From an uncultured Verrucomicrobiae bacterium (lineage in GTDB: Bacteria > Verrucomicrobiota > Verrucomicrobiia > Limisphaerales > Palsa-1400), in contig OY969763.1 of NCBI GenBank assembly GCA_963702845.1, forward strand, positions 4,032,001 to 4,096,000: a stretch of 64,000 nucleotides of DNA, written 5' to 3'. Below, one piece after another: positions 44,149 through 54,540 of the stretch. The notes beneath the pieces are model-generated. The model was not told the DNA's origin. It was given only the letters and a program-made list of their open reading frames with translations, and searched no databases. The number at the start of each line of letters is the position of its first letter. Positions within the stretch are counted from its first letter, which is position 1. The position numbers were made by a program, and so were the translations under genes.

Positions 44149-44190
44149 TGTCTCATCCTCCAGCACCCGGAGACAGGAGACACGGAGACA
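44149..44190 (+). repeat. GGAGACA-box element, copy E (right half only)
   Basis: TGTCTCA-13nt-GGAGACA GGAGACA C GGAGACA, nearly identical to the right arm of copy D. Confidence 0.9.
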
Positions 44191-44286
44191 TTTACGGCGT
44201 TGATCCACCAACCCGATAGAAATACTGAAGTCCTAAAGTCGCAGCCGCCGGGCTCTCCAATGCCTCGGCGGCCACGAATGAATTAA

Positions 44287-44688
44287 CTATTGATCAGACG
44301 GAGGACGCTGTTGTCCACCGGGAGGATGACCGCCTCCGGCACCGCCAGGTCCGCCGGGGCCACGACCTCCTCGAAATTGGCTGCGCATGTCTTTGAGTTT
44401 TTGTTTCTGCTCGTCAGTCAAAATCTTATCGAGCTTATCCTTCGTTTCCTTTTCCAGGTCGGCAACTTGCTTCTTTTGATCGTCAGTCAGGTTCAACTGA
44501 TCTTGAACGAAAGGCGGGATGACATGAAATCCGCCGGGTTGCATTCCGCCAGGACCGCCACCTTGTTTGTGACCGGGACGTTGTCCGCCAGCCCCAGGAG
44601 CGCCGGGTGCCTGATTGTCGGGCTGAGCTGAGAGCAGGCACGTCGATGCGCCGAGTGCCAACGCGATGAGCATACTTTGTATTTTCAT
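44287..44688 (-). CDS. Exported Spy/CpxP-like helical protein
   Basis: Signal peptide, LNLTDDQK and ILTDEQK motifs, Gly/Pro-rich flanks. Confidence 0.7.
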   Translation of the reverse strand: MKIQSMLIALALGASTCLLSAQPDNQAPGAPGAGGQRPGHKQGGGPGGMQPGGFHVIPPFVQDQLNLTDDQKKQVADLEKETKDKLDKILTDEQKQKLKDMRSQFRGGRGPGGPGGAGGGHPPGGQQRPPSDQ

Positions 44689-46013
44689 TTTGTTCCTTCG
44701 TTGCTGTTTTTCTCGGCGCCCGCCGTCTGCATCGACGCGATGCAGTAAAGACTCCGGTTGGAGCGCAGAAAGAGTGCATCACCAGCGAACGCCGGTGTGC
44801 CGTTGAAATCGGAATCGTCGAGGGCTTTGTTGTGCGCGACGAGTTTGAAATCTGATTTGGCTTCGTAAACAAAAGTGCCGGCACGACGGCTGACTGCATA
44901 AATATTTCCATTAGCCAATACGGTTGAAGCGTAGAATGGCTTGCCACGACCGCCGGAAGACGCGCCGGGTAAACGTTCCTTGTAGATGAGGTTGCCGTCT
45001 TTGGCATCGAGGCAAATGGCAAAGCCCTGGTCGGTGGCAACGCACAGTCGTCCTTCAGAAAGGACCGGCGATGGCACATACGATGCGTTCTGTTTTTGCC
45101 ACAGAATATTCGTCGAAGTGACATCGCCTTTGCCTCCAGAACGGACTGCGGCTGTGATCTGGCTGGGAAAACCGCCAGTGAGATAAATCATGTCGCCATT
45201 GACCACGACACTTGGAGCGACGTTGCCCGTGACCCGCGTCGTCGCAAACCATCGCAGCTTGCCATTTTCCGGATTCAACCCCCACAACTCGCCCAGTACT
45301 GGCATGATTAAATCCGTGCGGCCATTGACGGTTGTGAATGCAGGCGTGCTGTAAGATTGTTCGAGAGAATCGGCATCCTGTTTCCAAACCTGTTTGCCGG
45401 TCAACTTGTCGAACGCACGAATAGAACGGCTTTCTTCGGAGGCATTGATGATGACCAAATTCTTGTAAAGAGATGGACTCGAAGCCGAACCCCAGCGTTT
45501 ATTGCTGGATTCGTGACCGACGTTAACGCGCCACATTTCTTTGCCGGAAAAATCGAATCCAAGCACGCCGGTCTTGCCGAAGAATACATAAACGTGTTCG
45601 CCATCCGTCACCGGCGTGCTGCTGGCGTAACCGTGTTCGGTCAACATCCCGGAGTAAGGATCTTCGGGAAGTTCCGCGGCGACGGCTTTGTCCCAATTGA
45701 TTTTGCCCGTCGCGCGATCAAGGCAGATGAGATGTCGCTGCAGTTTGTCCACGGACCCGCCGTCATCGCCGTATCCGGAAAAGCAGGTGATGAAAAGGCG
45801 ATCACCAAAAATGATCGGGCTGGATGAACCGCCACCAGGGAGGTCGAGCTTCCACTTGATGTTTTCCCTGTCGCTCCAGGTCACGGGCGGATGTCCGCTG
45901 CGCGACACGCCGTTGCCGTCAGCACCGCGAAAGGCCGGCCAATCGGCACCCAGTGCCAGTGTTGTTTTTAGCAGCCATCCTGCCATTACGACTGCGATTG
46001 TGACCTGTTTCAT
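44685..46013 (-). CDS. PQQ-like beta-propeller (BamB family) protein
   Basis: DWPAFRG, GSSSPII, repeated TGK..W blades. Confidence 0.88.
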   Translation of the reverse strand: MKQVTIAVVMAGWLLKTTLALGADWPAFRGADGNGVSRSGHPPVTWSDRENIKWKLDLPGGGSSSPIIFGDRLFITCFSGYGDDGGSVDKLQRHLICLDRATGKINWDKAVAAELPEDPYSGMLTEHGYASSTPVTDGEHVYVFFGKTGVLGFDFSGKEMWRVNVGHESSNKRWGSASSPSLYKNLVIINASEESRSIRAFDKLTGKQVWKQDADSLEQSYSTPAFTTVNGRTDLIMPVLGELWGLNPENGKLRWFATTRVTGNVAPSVVVNGDMIYLTGGFPSQITAAVRSGGKGDVTSTNILWQKQNASYVPSPVLSEGRLCVATDQGFAICLDAKDGNLIYKERLPGASSGGRGKPFYASTVLANGNIYAVSRRAGTFVYEAKSDFKLVAHNKALDDSDFNGTPAFAGDALFLRSNRSLYCIASMQTAGAEKNSNEGTK

Positions 46014-46101
46014 AACGTTCTAGAGATATAGACGGATTGAAGTGTTAAGGTTTGGTTACAGTTACAAACTAAATTGTAAAGGAATGGTAAAGTTTCAGGC
46101 T

Positions 46102-47190
46102 CTAAGCGCTGACAAACGGTAATTCGACGATTTTCGCTGTGGAATCGCCGGCGCTGGTTCGAACGATAAGTTCTTCGTCCGTTTTATTTACTTCTTTGCG
46201 GACGTATCCGAGGGCGATATTGGCGTTCAGCATAGGGGAATGAGCCGCGCTCGTGATATAGCCCACTTCTTTGTCGTTCTTGAAAAGTTTGTCGCCTTTC
46301 AAGGGGAGCTGCTTCAGATCCGCGAGACGAAGCCCACGCAACGATTTGGCCACCTGACCGTATGTGCGAATGCGCGCGATGACTTCCTGACCGATGTAGC
46401 AACCTTTGCTGTAACTGATCGCGCGACTCTCGATGGCTTCGGGCGCGAGATTTGTTTCGTCCATGTCGACGCCAAACCGTGGAATACCGGCTTCGATGCG
46501 TGCGATTTCGAATGCCTGCCAGCCACAAGCACGCCCTCCGGCGGATTTTGCTGCAGCGATGGCCTTGTCGGCCACGGCAGCAATCGCGGCGGACGGAACA
46601 AACAAATCGAAACCAGCCATGCCGAGGCGCGGCTGATTGATCACATAAATCTCACCAAGGTTGCCGTCCTGAACGGAACTAAGCGTGAACGGTTTCGCGG
46701 GAATTGTTAAACCGAGTTGCAGGCTTTCCACCACAGCCGCTGCTTTCGGACCTTGAACGCTAAGTAATCCGTAATGCGGCGTAACGTCCACCATCTGGAC
46801 ATCGTCGGCGATCACATATTTTTCGAGCCGATCTTTTATCGCGTCGGAAAGGCCCGGCTCGAAGTCCAAAAGAATTTCGTTCGCCAAACTATAAACATTC
46901 AGGTCGCTTTGAATCCGACCTTTCGCCGTAACCAGCGCGGCGTAACAACCTTCGCCGGTTTTCAGCGCCTGCACATTGTTTGTGACCTGGCCATTGATAA
47001 ATTTCTGACGGTCGGCCCCAAGCGCACACAAGCGGCTGCGGAAGCTCAGATCAATGACGCCAGCGGTTTCACGCAACGCACGATACTCAGCCAGTACGTC
47101 GCTGTAATCTGCCACGACTTCCTTGCCGCTCGCTTCGGTGAAGCGCGCATGCAATCCCTCGTGAAATTCGTGCAGTGCTAGAGGATCCAT
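46102..47190 (-). CDS. ygfZ: YgfZ/GcvT family folate-binding protein
   Basis: YgfZ signature KGCYIGQE, RIEAGIP. Confidence 0.85.
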   Translation of the reverse strand: MDPLALHEFHEGLHARFTEASGKEVVADYSDVLAEYRALRETAGVIDLSFRSRLCALGADRQKFINGQVTNNVQALKTGEGCYAALVTAKGRIQSDLNVYSLANEILLDFEPGLSDAIKDRLEKYVIADDVQMVDVTPHYGLLSVQGPKAAAVVESLQLGLTIPAKPFTLSSVQDGNLGEIYVINQPRLGMAGFDLFVPSAAIAAVADKAIAAAKSAGGRACGWQAFEIARIEAGIPRFGVDMDETNLAPEAIESRAISYSKGCYIGQEVIARIRTYGQVAKSLRGLRLADLKQLPLKGDKLFKNDKEVGYITSAAHSPMLNANIALGYVRKEVNKTDEELIVRTSAGDSTAKIVELPFVSA

Positions 47191-47193
47191 AGG

Positions 47194-47925
47194 TCAGTCG
47201 TTGGCGTTCATGAACTCGCGCACAAAATCATTCGTTGGCTGTTCACGAATTTGCTGCGGCGTTCCGATTTGTTCAATACGTCCCTGCCGCATGACGGCGA
47301 TGCGATCGGCCAATGAATTCGCCTCATGTTGATCGTGCGTGACATAAAGAAACGTAGCATCAACGCGTTCGCGTAGCTTTCTAATTTCTTTTCGCAACTG
47401 CGCGCGCATCGGTGAATCCAGATTGGAAAGCGGTTCATCGAACAGAAACACTTTCGGTTTGCGCACCATCGCCCGACCGAGCGCAACACGCTGGCATTCA
47501 CCACCGGAAAGCGTCTCCGGTTTTCGGTTCAGTAATGATGTCAGGCCGAGCATCTCTGCAGCTTCGTTGACGCGCTGGAGTATCTCCGCTTTCGCGAATT
47601 TTCTAAGCATCAGACCGAACCCAATGTTTTCCGCAACGGTCAGGTGCGGAAAGAGCGCGGGAGATTGGAACACCATCGCGATATCGCGGTCTTTAGCTGG
47701 CGTGCCGTTCAACACACTGCCATTTAATGAAACGCTGCCGCTGTCGGGCGCTTCGAGACCAGCGATCGTCCGCAGCATCGTTGTCTTTCCGCAACCTGAC
47801 GGACCAACAACTACGAGAAACTCGCGATCAGCAACGACAAGGTCGAGTTCGCGAATGGCGTGGACAACCTCTCCGCGTTTACCGCGGAACGATTTGGTCA
47901 CTTTATCGAAACTGATACCGGCCAC
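47194..47925 (-). CDS. ABC transporter ATP-binding protein (MalK-like)
   Basis: GPSGCGKT, LSGGECQRVALGRA, FDEPLSNLD, YVTHDQ. Confidence 0.93.
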   Translation of the reverse strand: MAGISFDKVTKSFRGKRGEVVHAIRELDLVVADREFLVVVGPSGCGKTTMLRTIAGLEAPDSGSVSLNGSVLNGTPAKDRDIAMVFQSPALFPHLTVAENIGFGLMLRKFAKAEILQRVNEAAEMLGLTSLLNRKPETLSGGECQRVALGRAMVRKPKVFLFDEPLSNLDSPMRAQLRKEIRKLRERVDATFLYVTHDQHEANSLADRIAVMRQGRIEQIGTPQQIREQPTNDFVREFMNAND

Positions 47926-47970
47926 AACGCGGACTCTAATTCGGGAGGATAAGTTACACGAGTCTCTAAT

Positions 47971-48091
47971 TTGTAGCGCAGGCCTCCGGGTCTGCTGTAT
48001 CGCAGGTTTCTAAACCTGCGTTTCTTGGAGTCATCAATGACAGCCGATTTGGAAACCGGCGATACAGCAGGTTTGGAAACCTGCGCTACGA
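47971..48091. repeat. REP-like long palindromic element
   Basis: gtagcgcagg..ctgctgtatcgc ... gcgatacagcagg..cctgcgctac. Confidence 0.7.
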
Positions 48092-48095
48092 ACTG

Positions 48096-48485
48096 CTATT
48101 CGAGCTTATGCGGATACTGAGCGTTTGCGCCGCCGATGTTGCACACGGTTTGCGCATCGACTTGATTCGGATTGTAGCTCGTCGCGAATGTCGCGGCCGA
48201 ATCGTTTGGGCAAGTCGGCAATTGGCCGCCTGCTGTATGGCCGATGTATGGCTGCAAGTCCGCGCCCGTTGGCGAATCTCCTGAACTCTTTTTTGCCTCC
48301 AACGCCCACATTTGCTTGGCGCCGTCGATAATCCTCAGGTTGTTGATGCATGACGTTGCTTGCGCCTTTTGTCGAGCATTAACGAAGTTCGGAATGGCAA
48401 TGGCGGCCAACATGCCAATGATCGCGACAACGATCATAATTTCGACGAGTGTGAATCCTGCGAGTTTTCTGGTCTTGGTTTGCAT
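48096..48485 (-). CDS. Type IV pilin / prepilin-type N-methylation protein
   Basis: G|FTLVEIMIVVAIIGMLAAIAIPNF. Confidence 0.93.
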   Translation of the reverse strand: MQTKTRKLAGFTLVEIMIVVAIIGMLAAIAIPNFVNARQKAQATSCINNLRIIDGAKQMWALEAKKSSGDSPTGADLQPYIGHTAGGQLPTCPNDSAATFATSYNPNQVDAQTVCNIGGANAQYPHKLE

Positions 48486-48778
48486 ACGGTTCTCCTTTGC
48501 GAATGCGGCGTGGACACGACAAGGGACGGGTTATGATGAATACAGGGTGTCCACGGTATTGTCTCCTTGTCTCCGCGTGTGTCGGATGAGCACCTGTTGA
48601 TCGGCTTCGTGCCGGTCCCCTGCTCTTCCGACCTCGTAGAATTGAACACCGTCACATTTGACAAGTTGCGCGGGCTGATGCGGTCGACGTGAAGCAGTCT
48701 TGAAAAACTTGATTGCTGTCGCGGAATTTGCAATGTTAGACAGACGTTGCTAATGAGCCGATGCTTGTTGGCACAAAT

Positions 48779-48853
<75 letters not shown>

Positions 48854-49057
48854 ATTTTTTTAACGACGAAATATGCAACCTGATTTGTCACTGTGGGGAA
48901 TTTATACGATGCCGCTCGGCCTCGCGATTTGCTTTGGCCCCGTGCTCATTGCGTGGCTCATCGACGAGACGTAATACCCGCAAGAACGATAAGAGCAACG
49001 ACAAGCGCTAAGCGCGAGTCCCCTGCCCGCCCCCCTCCGCCTCGTTACTTCGGCGGC

Positions 49058-51341
49058 TACATCACTGCAACCTCGTCCACGGTGCAACGCAAAGTGAAGC
49101 GGTCTTTAAATGGCGTGATGTCCATCGTTCCGCTGATTGTTGATCGGCACACGCACACCTTCTACGTCGGCACTTCGTAAGACGTAATTCGTCCGGCAGC
49201 CTGAATCCTGCAGTAACGATCTGTTTGGGCGGATTGCGCATCGGCGGTCTGATGTCGGCAATCACCTGACCGCTGCTCACCTTCGAATAAATTCTCGCAG
49301 ACACTTCGCCAAAGGCTGTTGGAGCGCGTTCGATTTTGATTTCCTGACCGTCGGCCAGCCAACGACGCGGAGTGTCGAACATCAATCGCAACGTCTCGGG
49401 TTTGCCGTCGTCGTTGAGGTCGAGGTCCTGGACGAGCATGTCGCGCAGTGTCCAAAGAAAGAATGCGTTGGCGGAACTGTTCGGCGGGAGATACATGGGA
49501 CGACCGAATCCATCCAGAGCTTTGAGACTGCTACCTTCGCCACCAATGAAAGTGTCGCGCGTCATGCCCTGGGCCATCTTGCCGTAAAAGGCGGTGAGAA
49601 CGCCGTCGACGTCGTCACGTTCGGCGAGTTTATCCACGTAACGAAGACTGTAGAGATCATCGATGCCTTTTTCATTCGCGAACAAACCGGAGTGTTGGTC
49701 GAATCGAATCATCCCCATGCAAATGCCACCGTGCTTCTGTAAATAATTAATGAGCCATGTTTCGCGCTCGTCGCCCGGCCCGAAAATGCCAGAACCGATC
49801 ACATACGGGGCCATCAAATTCCAGTAGCTGCCCATTTTCGTTGCGGTGATCGGATCATACGGCGCTTCGTTGCCGTAAAGAGACAGCGGAATGAAAGGCG
49901 GCGTGATCGTGTCATCAATGCTTTTGTCCACCGCGGTGGAAATTGCTTTCCTAAAATCGCGCGCGATATTCGCGATGTGCTCGCCGTCTTCACGGTCGCC
50001 CATATCAATGAGAATGGCCGCGATATCGCGCAGACCACGCCAACCGTTAGCATTCGAGTTGAGAGAGTAGATGCGATCAAAAATGTCACCGGCATATTGT
50101 TCCTTCGGAAGGATTCCGGTTTTTGGTTCGCGATTCGTGCTCAGGAGATCGACCTCGCGTTGCCATTCGACCTTGTGATCGCGAATGAAACCGGAATCGC
50201 GAGTGAGCCAATAGTAGTGCGCGAGCATTTGCAGTTTGAAGGCGGCCTGGTGGAATCTCAGACTATAATTGCCATTCGTGCGTGAATAGTTCAGCAGCGG
50301 CACGATCATGCGCCGAGTGTCCTTCGTGTAGCCATACATCATGAGGGCACGAACCGTGTCGCCGGATTCGGCTTCGTAAAGACGTTCATAGCCGTTGCCG
50401 TGGCTGTAATTGGCGTTGTCGCCTTTCATCAGCATGTAGTTGCCGATGATTTGAGCGCGCCAGGCGTTGTTGACGAGTTGCTCAGGAACGCTCAACGACA
50501 TGCCGCTTCGGATATACGACTCCCAAAGGTTTACGCAACCGCGCCGCTGCTCATCATACGACCCAGGCAGATCAGCCATCCGCACCGGTTGAGCCATCGG
50601 CTGGCAAGCGATCGCAAGATACGCGTATTCGCCGAGCAGCAGCTTGGTCGTTAACGCATTTTTTGTCGGGTCCCATTGCCACGATTTGTCGAACCACACC
50701 CAGGCGTAGCTATTGCCGTTGCGGACGGCGCCGTCGCTGACTGTAAATTGACCATTCGGAGCGAGCGCAGCGGTAATTTTCGCTTCCGCATTGGTTGGGT
50801 TTTTAAATCGGACAAAAACAACACCGCTGTCTGACAACACGCTTTGAACGGATGCAAACACCTCTTCTTCGTAAGTGTGACCTTTGTGATTGTAGCTGAA
50901 GCTGACAATCGGCAAGTAACCGCGGTCGTAAGCCGGGCCTGTAAGAGTGCTCAAGTCTGCGCCGAATTCAGCATCGTCGTCGCCCACTTTGAATGTGATC
51001 GGCAAGCCGTAATCCTTCCATGCCCTTTTCGAGGCGAGTGCGTTGATGGCGCTGCCGTTGGAAACAAGGCGCGCTTTCAGCGGTGCATCGGGAGCGCTGA
51101 GCACGATTGGATAATATCGGAATGCCGCATCGACATAGCGCAATGGTGGCATTAGTTGACTGAAGAATTCGTAACTCGGCCCGCCGGGTTGATGCACCGC
51201 AATGCTCCCCCAGAAATCCTCCTTGGCTTGCAGAGCAATGTCTACATTGCGGACCGCCGCGGGCAGGTTGGTCTGCGCAAACATGCGGGTGGAGAGTGAA
51301 AGCAAAAAGACAACCGTCAGAACGTGAGTCAAACGCACCAT
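49058..51341 (-). CDS. Secreted hypothetical protein, possibly (alpha/alpha)6 glycosidase-like; C-terminus probably frameshifted
   Basis: Signal peptide; PRRWL..G.EI...APTAFGEVS C-terminal pattern; an alternative frame ends ...RCTVDEVAVM* at 49058. Confidence 0.6.
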
Positions 51342-51578
51342 GAATACAGCAACGTAATCTCGTCGCCCCATGGTTTTCAAGTGTGGCAACTTGCGCGTTT
51401 CGGGCTCGTCGAGCAGACATGCAAAACACGTCTCGCGCAGATACCGGCGACAACACCTCTCCGAGCTCTTCCCCAGCGGCACTAGTGAAATCGAAATGTT
51501 GTTGTTCGGTCATGATTGCTGATTTTGCGAACGTTTCTACCGTATCCGAAATCTTTTTCCCGATCACGCAGAACCACC

Positions 51579-51968
51579 TCAATCCTTCCCGCCCCAGAAA
51601 TCGTTCATCCAACAAGTCGTATAAACTTCGCAAACACGATTGCTCGCATCAAAAAACACGGTGTGATATTTCCGCATCCCCTTGCGGTCGACGCCACCCT
51701 GAGCATAAAGCCACACCATACCGTTTGGCCGCATATCAGCATCGCTCACCGGATGCCCTTCCTCCGCCATCTGGTCAGCGCCTTCGATAAAATTCGTGGA
51801 GTCCACCATCCTGAATGGCTGACCGAAAGCGGCCAAAACATCGTTTGTCGTTCCTGAATAAAACTTAGGCTGCTCCTTGTTCCTCGCTGGCTCTGAAAAT
51901 AAATTCACATAAACACCCAGAGCGAGGAACGCAACAAATGCAGCCATCATTCGAGCTTGAAAGTTCAT
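51579..51968 (-). CDS. Hypothetical protein with N-terminal TM/signal
   Basis: 129-aa ORF; VLAAFGQP...W.Y pattern weakly resembles SmpA/OmlA. Confidence 0.55.
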   Translation of the reverse strand: MNFQARMMAAFVAFLALGVYVNLFSEPARNKEQPKFYSGTTNDVLAAFGQPFRMVDSTNFIEGADQMAEEGHPVSDADMRPNGMVWLYAQGGVDRKGMRKYHTVFFDASNRVCEVYTTCWMNDFWGGKD

Positions 51969-52699
51969 TAAATATTAATGACCGAATTCTTCGTTAGTCC
52001 CCCGCGCGTTTCTCTTCCTCTCGCGAATAAGTCAAAAGGAGACTGTCAAACCAATGCAAATAGCACCAAAAGTGCCATTCCCATAAACGTTTTCCATGCC
52101 CCGGCGAATTCAACGAAGCTTTTGGACTGCGCCAGCCCTCTGGCGCTTTTGCACAGTTAAAACGATCTTGAAAACCCGCACGACCACCGGATCCCCAACC
52201 GAAGGCAAAATTCTTTCTTGTGCCTTTTGCGCCTTTTTGCGGACATTCGTTTGCGATCCGCTTCACACTTTACACAATTATCGTCTTCATGTAGTAACTG
52301 CTATGTGCTGCACGCAAGTGCCTTGCATCGGAATGCAAAACACTACTGCCGCTAAGGGGTCAAAAACAGCATGGTTTCAATCTGTGTTTCAGGGTGAACT
52401 CGAAACCTGCAACCAAAGCGCTGAAAAGCGTGAAAAACCGCAAAAGTTGCGAATTAGCTCTCCGAGGAAGGTTGCGGATGGGAGCGGTTAGTTGTGGTTT
52501 AAAAAAGAATTTTTTAAAATAGAAGTTCAGATGTCACGAGTGCCAATAAGTAAGAGGCTATCCGTGCTATCCGTGGCCCGGATGCCCGGCGCGGCCATTC
52601 TCCCTCTCCACACGCGAGGACGAGAGAGCCAAGGAGGGGACGCCAAAAGCTCGTCACGCGACTAAGGCTGACAGCCCTCTCTGGTCAACCAATTTACTG

Positions 52700-52728
52700 T
52701 TGACCGTCCGCCCTGCAGTTGCTACTTT
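52700..52728 (+). promoter_or_regulatory. Sigma70-like promoter of the ilv leader
   Basis: TTGACC-17nt-TACTTT. Confidence 0.65.
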
Positions 52729-52735
52729 CCGCGCG

Positions 52736-52792
52736 ATGAATATTCGGGCCAATATCGTGCTGCAGGTTGTTCGCGTAGTCGTAGTTGACTAA
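52736..52792 (+). CDS. Branched-chain amino acid attenuator leader peptide MNIRANIVLQVVRVVVVD
   Basis: 18 aa with 7 Val, 2 Ile and 1 Leu, directly before a terminator and ilvN. Confidence 0.85.
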   Translation: MNIRANIVLQVVRVVVVD

Positions 52793-52824
52793 CGCGACCT
52801 GTCGCATTGTTGGCTCACAGGTCG

Positions 52825-52854
52825 CCCGCCGTTCGAAAGAACGCGGGTTTTTTT
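52825..52854 (+). terminator. Attenuator terminator
   Basis: CCCGC-C-GTTC-GAAA-GAAC-GCGGG followed by T7. Confidence 0.85.
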
Positions 52855-52897
52855 ATTGAACCAGACTGCTCTTTTAGGCAGTCAGAACGGAAGAAAA

Positions 52898-53377
52898 ATG
52901 AGACATACCATCTCAGTTACAGTCGAGAACAAGTTCGGCGTGCTCACGCGCGTCGCGGGCTTGTTTAGTGGTCGTGGCTACAACATTGACACCCTCAATG
53001 TCGCTCCCACGCAAGACGCCAGCACCTCGCGCATGACCATTGTCACTGTCGGCGACGACGCCACAGTCGATCAAATCGTCAAGCAACTGAACAAACTGGT
53101 AGACGTCCTCAAAGTCGAAGACTACCGCGAAGGCGAATACATCGACCGCGAACTCGTCCTCGTCCGTGTCGCCGTTGACGCCAAAGCGCGCGCCGAGATC
53201 ATGCAGATCACCGACATTTTCCGCGCAAAAATCGTCGATGTTCAGCCGCACAGTCTGACCATTGAAATCACCGGCAACGAAAGCAAAGTGGAAAAGTTCC
53301 TCACGCTCATGAAAACATTCGGCGTGCTCGAACTCTCCCGAACCGGCAAGATCGCGCTCTCGCGCAAAGACAGCTAA
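52898..53377 (+). CDS. ilvN: Acetolactate synthase small (regulatory) subunit
   Basis: MRHTISVTVENKFGVLTRVAGLFSGRGYNI, KQLNKL, SRTG. Confidence 0.96.
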   Translation: MRHTISVTVENKFGVLTRVAGLFSGRGYNIDTLNVAPTQDASTSRMTIVTVGDDATVDQIVKQLNKLVDVLKVEDYREGEYIDRELVLVRVAVDAKARAEIMQITDIFRAKIVDVQPHSLTIEITGNESKVEKFLTLMKTFGVLELSRTGKIALSRKDS

Positions 53378-53414
53378 TTTCCATCAACTATCAACCATCA
53401 ACTAAGAACAAATA

Positions 53415-54437
<1,023 letters not shown>

Positions 54438-54540
54438 GATTCTAGTTTAGAACGTCGCGAGGCTCTGACCTTCTCGAGAGGGAAGTCAGAGCCTCCGCAT
54501 TTTGGGTAACTTTGGATTTCCGGTGGTGTTTAGTCCCACG

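Noticed and set aside
38351..44190. GGAGACA repeats as a CRISPR array
   Set aside because: Boxes are only 7 bp, occur in both orientations with 9-14 nt spacers, copies are separated by whole genes, and there are no cas genes.
38351..44190. Island as a prophage or classical PICI
   Set aside because: No integrase, primase, capsid, terminase or repressor genes were recognised, and no tRNA-derived att duplication.
48560..48574. Sixth copy of the GGAGACA element
   Set aside because: Only two boxes, without the spacer pattern or opposing arm; may be chance.
52000..52690. Hidden gene or ncRNA in the long intergenic region before the ilv leader
   Set aside because: Only degenerate REP-like fragments and AT-rich tracts were seen; no convincing ORF or RNA family.
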